This document shows, piece by piece, positions 1 through 12,003 of a stretch of 64,000 nt of DNA. Within the stretch, counting starts at the first letter, position 1, and every line of letters begins with the position of its first letter. The stretch spans positions 192,001 through 256,000 of the forward strand of contig CAWGPD010000004.1 in NCBI GenBank assembly GCA_963824385.1, given 5' to 3'. Made by a program: the position numbers and the translations under genes. The stretch comes from an uncultured Nitrososphaerota archaeon (GTDB taxonomy: Archaea; Thermoproteota; Nitrososphaeria; Nitrososphaerales; Nitrosopumilaceae). Under the pieces are notes generated by a model. That model did not search any database. It was not told where the DNA came from and saw only the letters and a list, made by a program, of their open reading frames with translations.

Positions 1-1014
1 GCATGTGTTTTAGCAGACAAGACAGGATACGATTCTATTTGGTACATGGACCACAGTAATGTTCCACAGTGGGACAAGGCCATAGTAAACGATCCATGGG
101 TCATGCTTTCTGCAATAGCCGCAGTTACAAACAAAGTAGAATTGGGCACATGTGTCACCGACGCAGTCAGACGACATCCATCAAACATTGCACTAGCATC
201 AATTACACTTGATAGAATTTCTCATGGAAGAGGAACATTAGGCATTGGAGCAGGAGAGGCACAAAATCTCAAAGAGTTTAAGATTCAATGGGACAAACCA
301 GTTGGAAGATTTGAAGAACAATTACAAGTTATAAAGTTACTTTACCAATCATCACCAGAGCACAGAGTAAGCTTCAAGGGAGAATTTTACCAATTAGAAG
401 ATGCATGTTTACAGGCAAAAAGCATTCGTCAGCCAGCACCACCAATCTACATGGCAGCAGGGGCACCAAGAACACTTGCACTTTGTGGCAAATATGGTGA
501 CGGATGGATTCCAATTGGTTACACTCCAGAATTATACGAAGATCATGTCGGAGTGATCAAGAAGTCGATGAAAGAAAATGGAAGAACTGATGAGAACTTT
601 AACTATGCAGTAGATATCGACGTATACTTTTCAGATGATGCAGAATCTGCATGGGCAAAAATGAAAAATGCCGTAAAGGTCAGTCTATTCAAACCAGAAG
701 TTCTCAAGGTTCACGGCATTGAAGATATCGCAGGTTTTGATTTCAAGAAATACTTTACAGAATATTCCATGTCAAACCAAGAATGGATAGTAAAGATGAG
801 AGAAGCATCACAGACAATTCCAGATAGCGTAGCCCGCTCATCAATAGGAATGGGTACACCAGATGATATCATCCCAGTCTTTGAGAGATTCATGAAAGCT
901 GGAGTTAATCACTTTATTGTAAGATTCTGGGGGTCAGGATACTTTGCATCGATAGACAAGTTTGGTGCTACAGTACTCAAGTACTTTAAAGATCAGAACA
1001 ACCCAAGAAAATAG
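1..1014 (+). CDS. LLM-class (luciferase-like) flavin/F420-dependent oxidoreductase, 5' partial
   Basis: Frame is open from base 1 (ACVLADKTGYDSIWYMDH...); DPWVMLSAIAAVT, LDRISHGRGTLGIGAG and PPIYMAAGAP...GDGWIP motifs. Confidence 0.85.
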   Translation, partial: ACVLADKTGYDSIWYMDHSNVPQWDKAIVNDPWVMLSAIAAVTNKVELGTCVTDAVRRHPSNIALASITLDRISHGRGTLGIGAGEAQNLKEFKIQWDKPVGRFEEQLQVIKLLYQSSPEHRVSFKGEFYQLEDACLQAKSIRQPAPPIYMAAGAPRTLALCGKYGDGWIPIGYTPELYEDHVGVIKKSMKENGRTDENFNYAVDIDVYFSDDAESAWAKMKNAVKVSLFKPEVLKVHGIEDIAGFDFKKYFTEYSMSNQEWIVKMREASQTIPDSVARSSIGMGTPDDIIPVFERFMKAGVNHFIVRFWGSGYFASIDKFGATVLKYFKDQNNPRK

Positions 1015-1048
1015 TATCCAGTTACACAAAATAAAAATAATTTTCTTC

Positions 1049-1456
1049 CTACAGATATCTAAATATGGTCATCTTCTCAGAGTGTGGAAGATCGGATACC
1101 AAGGCAAAGTTAAAGAATGGATACGACTTTTTGTACTCTTTCATAAAGCTCCAGGCTACATCATGTGTCTTAAATTCAGAACGTATGCCATCAATACGAA
1201 TCTCTACTCCACACACATCAAATACTTTGACCAGATACCTTTGAGGTCGTCTATGAGGTTTTGCCTTCATTAGCCATGCAATTGCAAATAAAAAGACAGC
1301 CATCATGATTATTGCAGCACCAATTTCTTTTAGATAGACTGAAAAAAACGCCGGAATTGTATAGCCAAATAGAGTATACACATAACTTGCAAATCCAAGT
1401 ACTGCACCTACTATCATAGAAAATACAACATTAGAACAGGCATAATCCTTTTGCAT
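1049..1456 (-). CDS. hypothetical membrane protein (2 TM helices plus soluble C-terminal domain)
   Basis: ORF with two hydrophobic segments; start codon uncertain. Confidence 0.6.
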   Translation of the reverse strand: MQKDYACSNVVFSMIVGAVLGFASYVYTLFGYTIPAFFSVYLKEIGAAIIMMAVFLFAIAWLMKAKPHRRPQRYLVKVFDVCGVEIRIDGIRSEFKTHDVAWSFMKEYKKSYPFFNFALVSDLPHSEKMTIFRYL

Positions 1457-1531
1457 GTCTTATGATAAACATACTTGCATTTATCTATTAAAAAACTATA
1501 TACAGAAATATCAACACCGATAACAGATTTT

Positions 1532-2165
1532 ATGCAGCTACTTGGAAGACTAGAGATCAAATCAAAAGAAAAGATAATTGAATTTCTAAACCAACAAGAG
1601 ACTGGCAGGGTATGTAGTATAGACAAGGACGGCTTTCCTCAGATAATACCAATGAACTTTGTTTATGCAAATGATGTCATATACATGCACTCTCATCCAA
1701 GGGGGGAGAAATTAGAAAACATATCAAAAAATCCGAAGGTTGGCTTTGAGGCTGACCAAAGTCTTGAATTTTTACCATCATATTTTTCATCCCCAACTGA
1801 TGCATCGCAGGCAGATACATTATACATCAGCGTGGTAATCAAGGGAAGGGCAAGTTTGGTCTTAGAACCAAAAGAAAAAGCAATGGCTCTAAATGAACTA
1901 ATGAAAAAATACCAGCCAGAAGGCGGGTATGAAAAACTTGTTCCACACATGCCAGTAGTAGAGGAAGTTGCAATAATCAAGGTAATACCAATTACAATCA
2001 GAGGCAAGTATAAAATTGGTCAGCACATGGACAAGAAGACAAGGCTTGCAATTGCAAAAAAGAATCCTAGAGCGTAACACTCCGACTGCCAAAAACACAG
2101 TCAAGATAATGGGTGTTACTATGACAAAGAATGGATTGGAAATATCAGAAGAGCCTAGTTGGTAA
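1532..2165 (+). CDS. pyridoxamine 5'-phosphate oxidase-like (NimA-like) FMN-binding protein; +1 frameshift near 2056-2062
   Basis: FPQIIPMNFVY, MHSHPRGEKLENI..NPKVGFE, GKYKIGQH; C-terminus (..RILERNTPTAKNT..EEPSW*) continues in another frame after an A-run. Confidence 0.8.
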
Positions 2166-2219
2166 AAATATATCATAACTACCATTGCTTTAAATTTGAA
2201 ACAAGGCAATTTGTAATGT

Positions 2220-4161
2220 TTGCTAGAAAATCCAAGCTTTGAGTTAGTATCTGAATTTGACCCAACTGGAGACCAGCCAAATGCAATAGAACAACTAGTA
2301 CAAGGAGTACGAAAAAAACAAGTCCAGACTTTACTTGGAGTAACAGGCAGTGGTAAGACATTTACAGTTGCAAACGTAGTAGCACGAACTGGAAAAAAGA
2401 CGCTTGTCATTTCACACAACAAGACTTTGGCAGCTCGACTTTATGCAGAACTAAAACAGTTCTTTCCAAAAAACAATGTAGGTTATTTTGTATCATACTA
2501 TGACTATTACCAACCCGAGAGCTATATTCCACAGACTGACACATATATTGAAAAAGATACCCAGATTAATGAAAAGATAGAAAAGTTGCGTCTTGAGGCA
2601 ACTGCGATGCTCTTGTCAGGAGAGCCTACCATCATAGTTTCAACAGTATCATGCATCTATTCACTTGGTTCACCAAGTGAATGGGAAGAGATGTCAATAA
2701 CCATAGAAAAAGGTGCAGATGTTGGAAGAGGTACACTGATAAAAAAACTAGTCAATGCGCGATATGATAGAAATGACACCGAACTTTTAGCAGGAAGATT
2801 TCGAATCAAGGGAGATACAATAGATATCATTCCAGCATACTCTGACTCAATTGTAAGAATTTCATTATTTGGCGACGAGATTGACAAGATAACAATCTGT
2901 GATCCAGTATCGCTTCAAGTAAAAAAACAGGTCTCCAAAATCAAGATTTATCCTGCCAAGCACTATCTAGTTGCAGCAGATGTAAGAAAGACTGCGGTTC
3001 AATCAATTAGAAATGAGTGAAAACAAAGACTAACAGAACTTCCAGAGCTTGAAAGGCAGAGACTTGAGATGAGAACAAAATATGATTTGGAAATGATTGA
3101 AGAGTTAGGATACTGCTCAGGAATTGAAAATTATTCAAGACACTTTGATGGAAGAGATCCTGGTCAGCCTCCATTTTGTCTAATTGATTTCTTTGGGGAT
3201 GACTTTTTACTAGTAATTGATGAATCGCATGTTACCTTACCACAACTACATGGAATGTATAATGGAGATCATACAAGAAAAAAATCTCTAATAGATTATG
3301 GTTTTAGATTACCAAGTGCATTTGATAATAGACCACTCAAGTTTGAAGAGTTTGAAAAGTATATCAAAAACACAATCTTTGTTTCTGCAACACCTAATGA
3401 TTATGAAAAAAATAAGAGTTCTCAGATTCGTAGAGCAACTAATCAGACCTACGGGCCTTGTAGATCCAGTTGTTGAAGTAAGAAAAACAGAGAACCAAAT
3501 GGATGATTTGATATCAGAGATAAAAAAACGAGTAGACAAAAACCAACGTGTACTAGTTACAACTTTGACAAAAAGAATGGCAGAAGACTTGGCGGAATAC
3601 TTGTCAAAGAACAAGGTAAAGGTAAGATACCTACATTCAGAGATTGAAAACCTGCAGAGAACTGAGATCATTAGACAGTTAAGGTTAGGCGAGTTTGATG
3701 TCCTAGTAGGCATTAATCTCTTAAGAGAAGGCCTTGACATACCAGAAGTCGCCCTTGTTGCCATCCTAGATGCAGACAAGGAGGGATTTTTGAGAAACAT
3801 CACCAGCCTAATTCAGACATTTGGAAGGGCTGCAAGAAATCTAGATGGTGCAGTCATCATGTATGCAGACAAAATGACCCAGTCAATGAAAAATGCCATA
3901 TCTGAGACTGAACGGAGAAGAAACAAACAGGTAGAATATAATCAAAAAATGGGAATCACTCCTGCCTCAATTATAAAATCAATTCCACAGCAGACAATTG
4001 TACTAGATGAGACAAAACACATGTCAAAGCATGATTTACAAACACTTGCAATCGAGATTGAAACTGCCATGAAGCGATTTGCAGAAGATCTAGATTTTGA
4101 AAATGCGATTGAATATCGAGATAAATTAGCAAAGATTCAAAGACAATTAAGAAATGAATGA
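2220..4161 (+). CDS. uvrB: excinuclease ABC subunit B; in-frame TGA at 3018-3020 and frameshift near 3427 (probable sequence errors)
   Basis: [42 protein letters not shown] and C-terminal UVR coil across three ORF pieces. Confidence 0.95.
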
Positions 4162-6972
4162 TAAATTAATCATCCGTGGTGCAAGGGAGCACAATCTAAA
4201 AAACATCAACGTGGACATTCCAAAGAATAGACTAGTAGTAATCACTGGATTATCAGGTTCTGGAAAATCAACACTTGCTTTTGATACAATATATGCAGAA
4301 GGTCAGAGAAGATATGTTGAATCACTTTCAGCATATGCAAGACAGTTTCTTGAGATGATGAACAAGCCCGATGTTGATTCAATTGAAGGACTATCACCTG
4401 CTATTTCAATACAACAAAAGACTACAAGTAAAAATCCAAGATCAACAGTTGGAACAATAACAGAAATTTACGATTATCTAAGATTACTATATGCAAGAAT
4501 TGGTACGCCTCACTGTCCAAGATGCGCACGTAAAATATCAAACCAATCAGTAGAATCAATTTGCGAATCAATTCTAAAAGAATCAGAGGGAAGAAAGATC
4601 CTAATCCTTGCATCGCTTGTTAGAAGAAAAAAAGGAACTTATGAAAAATTATTTGAAGATGTAAAAAAACAAGGATATTCAAGAATCAGAGTAGACGGAG
4701 AAATAATTGAGATAACTGGAGAGTTTCCAACACTTGACAAGCAAAAGTGGCACAATATAGAAATCGTAGTTGACAGAGTCAAGGCATCATGGGAAGAAAA
4801 AAGTAGACTCTATGAATCAATCCAGACAGCACTCAAGGCAGGTAAGGGAGACGTCATGGTTGTTGATACCGAAGAAAAAGTCTACTCTCAAAATAATGCA
4901 TGTCCATTTTGTGGAATCTCAATAGGAGAATTAGAACCAAGGGGTTTTTCATTCAACTCGCCATTTGGAGCATGCAAGACATGTCATGGATTAGGAGTAA
5001 AAATGGAGTTTGAGCCAGATTTGCTAATCCCAGACAAGACAAAATCAATCCTAGATGGGGCAATAGTTCCATGGTCAGGCAGGTTTTCGTCATTTAGAAG
5101 ACAGACTCTAAGAGATGTTGGGAAAAAATATGGCTTTGATTTGATGACTCCAATTAACAAAATGACTCCAAAACAACTTCAGGTTATTTTGTATGGCAGT
5201 GGAGAAGCTGTTAAGTTTTCATACGAATCCCAATCAACTGACTCTAGATGGGAGTATACAAACACTTTTCATGGGGTAATACCCAGTCTTCAGAAAAACT
5301 TTGCAGAAACAGATTCTGAATCAAAAAGAGAAGAATTAAGCAAATTCATGAGGGAGACTCCGTGTAACACATGCAAAGGTAGAAGACTAAAAGATGAAGC
5401 ACTTGCAGTCTCAATAAGCTCATTATCAATCATGGATGTTTGTGACTTGTCAATTGATTCATGTTATGAGTTTTTCAAAAATCTTCAGATAACTGAGACT
5501 GAAAAATATATTGCAAAATCTATTTTAAAAGAGGTTCTCTCAAGACTAGAATTTCTAAAAAATGTCGGATTAAATTACCTTACACTTAATCGAGTAAGCT
5601 CCACCTTATCAGGAGGAGAGGCCCAAAGAATCAGACTTGCAACACAGATAGGTTCAAACCTTACAGGAGTGCTCTATGTTCTTGACGAGCCAACAATTGG
5701 GCTACATCAAAGAGACAACGCAAAACTAATCAAGACATTGACTAAGCTTCGTGATTTAGGAAATACAATACTTGTAGTAGAGCATGACGAAGAAGTAATG
5801 CGTAACTCGGATTGGATTATAGATCTAGGTCCAGGTGCTGGAGTTCATGGTGGAAATATAGTCTTTGAAGGAACGATAAACGAAATTCTAAAAAGTGAAA
5901 AATCAATTACAGGAAAATATCTCAAGAATCATGATGCAATAAAACGTGTCAAAAAAAAGCATGAACAAAAAGGCATGTTAATTCTAAAGGGTGCTGCAGA
6001 GAATAATCTCAAAAATATTGATGTCGAGTTCCCGCTAGGCGTGATGATTAGTGTGACAGGAGTGTCAGGCTCTGGAAAATCCACTCTAATAAATGACATA
6101 TTGTACAAGGCACTAGCATCAGAAATTTATGGTTCCATAGATAGGCCAGGTAGGCATAAGACAATTAGCGGTATGGATGAGATAGACAAGGTAATAGGAA
6201 TAGATCAATCTCCAATAGGACGCACTCCACGCTCAAATCCTGCCACATACATTGGGGCATTTACTCCAATTAGAGAACTATACGCAGGAACTGAACTGTC
6301 AAAGGAGCGCGGGTATACCCCAGGGCAGTTTTCATTCAATGTTGCAGATGGCAGGTGTTTTGCATGCGAAGGAGACGGAGTCAAAAAAATAGAGATGCAG
6401 TTTTTATCAGATGTATATGTGGTGTGTGATGAATGCAAAGGTAAGCGATACAATTCTGAAACACTTGCAGTTCACTATAAAGACAAAAACATTTCAGACA
6501 TTCTTGCAATGACAGTAGAAGAAGCGTTAGAATTTTTTACAAACATACCTTCAATTCAGAGAAAGCTTCAGACAGTAGTAGATGTAGGCCTGGGGTACAT
6601 CAAACTTGGACAAGCTGCTACAACATTATCAGGTGGAGAAGTCAACGGGTAAAACTTTCGTCAGAATTATCAAAACGCGATACTGGAAGAACAATATACA
6701 TCTTGGATGAGCCAACAACTGGACTTCATTTCGCAGACGTTCAAAAATTACTCGAAGTGTTAAACAGACTGGTAAAACTAGGAAATACAATAATCATCAT
6801 AGAGCATAACATGGATATCATAAAAAATTCTGATTGGATAATCAATCTAGGTCCAGAGGGAGGAGATGGGGGTGGAACAATTGTTGCGACTGGAACTCCA
6901 GATCAAGTGGCACAAAATCCAAGAAGCTATACTGGTCAATATCTGAAACGTATCTTGAAAAATGACTCTTGA
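4154..6972 (+). CDS. uvrA: excinuclease ABC subunit A; 1-nt deletion near 6641
   Basis: Two ABC ATPase modules ([21 protein letters not shown]), zinc fingers; second signature continues in the 6703..6972 ORF. Confidence 0.95.
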
Positions 6973-8546
6973 CATATCAAAGATAACCATCCCATCACAT
7001 CCTGGAATTTACATCATGAAAGATTCAGATGCCAAGATATTATATATTGGAAAAGCAAAGAATCTGAAAAATCGTGTCAAGTCATATTTTTTGAAAAATC
7101 AAAACTATAAGACTGAAAAACTGGTTGAGAAAATCCATGATATTGAGTTTGTCTTGACAGATAATGAAGAGGAGGCATTTTTACTAGAGGCAAACATGAT
7201 CAAACGATACAGGCCTCCATACAATATCGAACTTAAGGACCAGCAAAGATACACATATCTTAGAATAACTAGCGAACAATATCCTCGCCTTATGGTAGCA
7301 AGGCGTACAAGAACTGGAGAATTTCTTGGCGAAGGAAGGATTTACGGTCCATTTACACATGGAAGCTCAAAGATGCTATCCATTGGTCTTTTGCGTAAGA
7401 CGTTTAAGATTAGAATTTGTAAAAAACTGCCAAAAGAGGCATGTCTAGAGTATCACATTGGAAACTGTGAAGCACCATGTCAGTTCAAACAGGCTCAAGT
7501 AAATTATGGTAAAAATATTACAGAGTTGGAATCAATTCTAAAAGGAAAACAGAGACTAGAAGACTTTGTAAATAAATTAGAAAAAGAAATGAAACAAGCT
7601 GCCAATAATCGCCAATATGAAAAAGCAAAAGAAATTCACGAAACATTGCAACGACTTTCCAGCTTACAGATAAAACAAAACATGGAAACTCCAAGGATGG
7701 GCTCAGATGAAGAATATTTTGGAATTAAGATAAAAGAATCAGACCGCATATTTGATGAGCTTTAGACTTTCAAATGGAGTAATAAAAGATAGAACCAAGT
7801 TTTCCTTTGATCTTGTTGGAGACAATTCATTTTCTAGTTTTCTGTCACAGTATTACTCTACAAATCCAATTCCAAAGTATGTAATAGTAAGTGAAATACC
7901 AGAGAAAAAAGACATACTAGAAGAAGTGTTTTCCCGAACATCAGGATTTAAGGTAAACATTACAGTTCCAATGTCTGGAAAAAGACGAGAGATAATTGAT
8001 CTTATCATGAGAAATATTTCTCTTACAATGTCAAAGGGTGCAGACCCCGCACTAATTGAATTACAAGAAAAACTAGGACTCGAAAACATTCCTAAAACAA
8101 TAGAATGTTTTGACATTTCAAACCATGGTGAAGATTATGCAGTAGGTTCCATGTCCTGCCTAGTAGATGGAAAACCACATAAATCAGGATATCGAAAATT
8201 CAAGATAAAGACAGTAAAGGGAAGAGATGATTTTGCAATGATAAATGAGATTGTCAAAAGACGCTATCTGAGACTAAAGGAAGAAAAAACAGGCATGCCA
8301 GACTTGGTTTTAATTGACGGTGGACGCGGTCAGCTAAATGCCGCACTTGAGGCATTACATTCGGTGGGTGTGAAAGTTCCTTGCGTATCTCTTGCAAAAG
8401 AAAATGAAGAGGTGTATCATCCTAGAATCAACAAACCAGTTATCATGCCAAAGAATAATTCAGCACTCAAGATTTTACAACATGCAAGAGATGAGGCTCA
8501 CAGATTTGGTGTCATGTACAACAGAGCAATTCGCAAATTCACTTGA
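6962..8546 (+). CDS. uvrC: excinuclease ABC subunit C; frameshift near 7733
   Basis: GIY-YIG domain ([24 protein letters not shown]), [23 protein letters not shown]. Confidence 0.95.
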
Positions 8547-8556
8547 ATTTTGCGTT

Positions 8557-9658
8557 CTATTTAGTACCATTAACAGCTATGATGGTAGTACTATTGGCAA
8601 GCGGTAATACAAGTAATGTGGAATTGGTATGTGTCATAATCACGTTTTGAGTAATTGCATGAACACTTGATGTGCTGTTAGATGATGTCAAGATAGGCAA
8701 TGTGGAATTGGTATGTGTCATAGTCATGTTTTGAGATGGCATTGTAGGTGTACTTGCAGTATTGTTAGATGATGTCAAGATAGGCAATGTGGAATTGGTA
8801 TGTGTCATAGTCATGTTTTGAGATGGCATTGTAGGTGTACTTGCAACAACTTTGGAGGAGGAAGTTGAGACTGACGTATTATCCAAATGCATGGGTACTG
8901 ATGATATTGTCCTGTTTTGAATCATATTTGTAGGATGTGTTTTTTCTGCACTTTGCATTACATTTCTTGCATGGGATAACACAATTGGTGATGGCGTTAC
9001 ATCGTTAATCATGTAAACCTGTGTACTTACATCAGATTTTGCTCCATAGGCATCTACTGCAAAGAACTTTAGAATTGTGTTAGAACTAATTTCCGGCAAT
9101 GTTACAGAATCTTGTCCATGTGGACTAGATACAGTAGGTGTTGAACCATCCAAAGTATAGAATATAACAGCAGACTTCATTTGCTTCAAGTTTCACAATT
9201 TGTGGTTCCTGATATGTGCCATTAGGCAATGATGCAATTATTACAGGAGAATCATTATAGATTGTAAACAATATTGTTTTGGATGTAACCAATCCTGCAG
9301 AGTCTGTGGCATTGATTTGTAAAGTATGCAATCCATTTGATAAATCTGGTATACTTAGAGACCAAGAAATTGTGTTGCCCTGAATAGTTCCAGGAATTGC
9401 CAGAACGTTTCCGTTATCTACATTCCATGTGAGAGATGAAATTTGTAAAGCATCTGCTGCAGTACCAGATACTGAAACCGTAGGAGTCATGACAATTGCA
9501 TTGTTAGACAAGGAGATAGAAAGAGTCGGAGTACCTCCAGTCAAATCAGATGCAAAAACAAGATTCGTATGAATTATGAAAGAAATCAATATCAAACCAA
9601 TCACCATTGGCAATACTCGAAAAACTTCATTCCACTCATAGAAAGTAATTTTAATCAT
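8557..9658 (-). CDS. secreted protein with Ig-like domain, chitobiase/FN3-associated-type domain and S/T/M-rich repeat tail; frameshift near 9174
   Basis: Signal-like N-terminus, LSNGLHTLQINATDSAG (Ig-like), IFYTLDGSTPT...LKFFAVDAYG; two ORFs joined by a 1-nt correction; start uncertain. Confidence 0.7.
8676..8845. repeat. 87-bp tandem duplication (two 83-bp identical copies plus a partial copy near 8615-8638) encoding ASTPTMPSQNMTMTHTNSTLPILTSSN
   Basis: 8676-8758 is identical to 8763-8845. Confidence 0.9.
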
Positions 9659-9794
9659 TATGATCACACAGGGGATTATATGCACGTGAAATAATATAGC
9701 GAGATGGGCAAATCCCATAGTTTTGAAATTCCAAATTGGAACATCAGTTATGCTTGTAACGTGTTTCCATCAAAACATGGTTTTAGGTAGCAGA

Positions 9795-10814
9795 CTATAC
9801 AAAATCATCAAGTGAATTCTCTCGAAGAGGTTGTGCATTATAACCCATTTTGGACAAATCTGCTGCAAACTCATCTACAAAACCGTGAACGGTATAGATT
9901 TTTTCAGGATTACATCTTTTTACAAGTTCAATCAATTCGTTGTAATCACAATGGTCACTTAGTGGAATTGAATAATCATGACCTCGTGCAAATGAAAATC
10001 TCGATGATTGTGCCCATCCACTAAAACCAATAGTTATTGCATCATACTTTGACTTCATGTGGGTTACAAAGGCATTTCTTCCACTCATATTTGGGGCAAT
10101 CATAAGCCATGGTTTTTTCTCAAGCAATCCTAATGACTCGGCTTCAGTGTGACCCATAGATGAGTTAAGATTAACACCAAATTGTCGGTACAAGTCATTT
10201 ACTTTTTTTACTGAATCATGATAATATGGCTGCCAGTGAGAAAACAAATATGATAAAATTTGAGCCTTTCCAAGCTCATAACCCAACAATATGACAGGTT
10301 TTCCTTTACCATATAGTTCGGAGATAATCTCGTTTACTCGTTTTACAGTATCATCAATTGAAGGAAAGACATATTCTGGCATTCCAAAAGTGCATTCAGT
10401 AATCAGAGTTTTACATTTTGGGGCCAACGCGCCTTTCATAAATCCCCTGTCACGTAGTGATATATCTCCAGTGTAAAAAATATCGTCAAACAAAAGGCCT
10501 TTGGCACCTAGGATATGCCCAGCATCAATCATTGAAAAATGCTCATATTCTTCCACATAGTTTTCAATTGAATAGCCCCTAAGCTTTGCAATCTCTGTTG
10601 TCTGTTTTGATGCAATAAGTATACCATTTCCACGTTGATTGTGAAGATGATCCAAGTGTGCGTGAGATACAAAACTTATGCCGCTTTCCATTCCCCGTTT
10701 TGGATCAAGATTAACTGTTTTACCATCAAATAATACTACGATTCCATTTGATGTCATCTTTACCCTGGATTTCAATTTGAGAGATGTGGTCATCAGATTG
10801 GATATAAATTGCAA
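9795..10814 (-). CDS. metallo-beta-lactamase-fold exonuclease (beta-CASP/RMMBL type)
   Basis: SHAHLDH, AGHILG, YTGD, LSDHCDY, VHG motifs. Confidence 0.85.
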   Translation of the reverse strand: MQFISNLMTTSLKLKSRVKMTSNGIVVLFDGKTVNLDPKRGMESGISFVSHAHLDHLHNQRGNGILIASKQTTEIAKLRGYSIENYVEEYEHFSMIDAGHILGAKGLLFDDIFYTGDISLRDRGFMKGALAPKCKTLITECTFGMPEYVFPSIDDTVKRVNEIISELYGKGKPVILLGYELGKAQILSYLFSHWQPYYHDSVKKVNDLYRQFGVNLNSSMGHTEAESLGLLEKKPWLMIAPNMSGRNAFVTHMKSKYDAITIGFSGWAQSSRFSFARGHDYSIPLSDHCDYNELIELVKRCNPEKIYTVHGFVDEFAADLSKMGYNAQPLRENSLDDFV

Positions 10815-10965
10815 GATTGATCCAGTGTAACATCTGGTGTAATTGGATCTATATCAATCATTTACTGTTTCAAATCAAAAATCACCATAATACTCTACAA
10901 GCAAATATCAAAAACATAAACTGGAATTAGTAAAGTGTTTATTTATACAAAGTCAAGGTAAAAAC

Positions 10966-11583
10966 ATGCTAAATATAGCAATATTAATTTCAGGCAGAGG
11001 AAGCAACATGGAAAATATTTTAAAGTCAATTAAAAGAAATAAAATTCCAGTTAATCCTGCAGTTGTGATTTCAAATAAACCAGATGCAAAAGGTCTCAAG
11101 ATTGCTCAAAGACTCGGAGTAAAAACAGAGGTTATTGAAAGCAATGGTCTCAAAGGAGGAAATTGGGAATACGACTCTAAACTAGTAGAGGCATTAGAAA
11201 AATGCAAAGTTACTCCCCAAAATGGCCTGATATGCCTTGCAGGATTTATGAGAATAATGAGTCCAGAATTTATCAAACATTACAAGGGAAGAATTTTGAA
11301 CATACATCCTGCAATATTGCCATCTTTTCCAGGATTACATTCCCAGAAACAAGCACTAGAATACGGAGTAAAATATACTGGATGCACAGTTCATTTCGTA
11401 GATGAAGGAGTTGATACAGGACCCATTATTTTACAGTCAGTTGTCAAGGTAAAAGAGGGAGACACTGAAGATACTCTTGCAAAGAGAATTCTAAAACAGG
11501 AACATAGAATTTATCCAAAAGCCGTAAAGTTATTTGCAAAGAACAAGATTAAGATTGTAGGAAGAAAGACAGTATTTTCCTAA
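10966..11583 (+). CDS. purN: phosphoribosylglycinamide formyltransferase
   Basis: ISGRGSN, LAGFMRI, NIHPAILPSFPG, GCTVHFVDEGVDTGPII. Confidence 0.95.
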   Translation: MLNIAILISGRGSNMENILKSIKRNKIPVNPAVVISNKPDAKGLKIAQRLGVKTEVIESNGLKGGNWEYDSKLVEALEKCKVTPQNGLICLAGFMRIMSPEFIKHYKGRILNIHPAILPSFPGLHSQKQALEYGVKYTGCTVHFVDEGVDTGPIILQSVVKVKEGDTEDTLAKRILKQEHRIYPKAVKLFAKNKIKIVGRKTVFS

Positions 11584-11912
11584 GTGTCTGGCCCACTAAA
11601 AAAATACATTACAACAAGTTCTTTTTTATTTCCATGGAATCTGTGAGGAACATTTTTGGCAACATAGTATGACATTCCTTCTGAAACAGGATATTCTTTT
11701 CTATCTACTAAAAGAAATCCGTCTCCTTTTACTACATAATAAATCTCATCGTTTTCATGTGGCTCTTGAGTATCTTCTTCACCTGGGTCCAATCGAAGAA
11801 TTCCGGCTGCAAGATTTTCTTTATTTATGAACGTATGAAAGTACGTATTATTTTTCTTGATTTTTTTGATGTACTCGTTTGTATTAAAGTCAATTTTCAA
11901 TGATTTCTCCAC
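11580..11912 (-). CDS. cupin domain protein
   Basis: DTQEPHENDEIYYVVKGDG...PHRFHG cupin motifs. Confidence 0.8.
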   Translation of the reverse strand: MEKSLKIDFNTNEYIKKIKKNNTYFHTFINKENLAAGILRLDPGEEDTQEPHENDEIYYVVKGDGFLLVDRKEYPVSEGMSYYVAKNVPHRFHGNKKELVVMYFFSGPDT

Positions 11913-12003
11913 AAATTACATCTTAATGATTTTAACTAAATTCATCCTGGGAGACAATTATTGTTTCCAAAGATTAAATATCCAAAAAATAATCCAAGTT
12001 TGT

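Noticed and set aside
2220..8546. uvrBAC (and metG, ilvC, cdvC, meaB, birA and others) as pseudogenes
   Set aside because: Lesions are single-base, mostly at AGCT or in homopolymers, hit essential genes, and the proteins show no other decay
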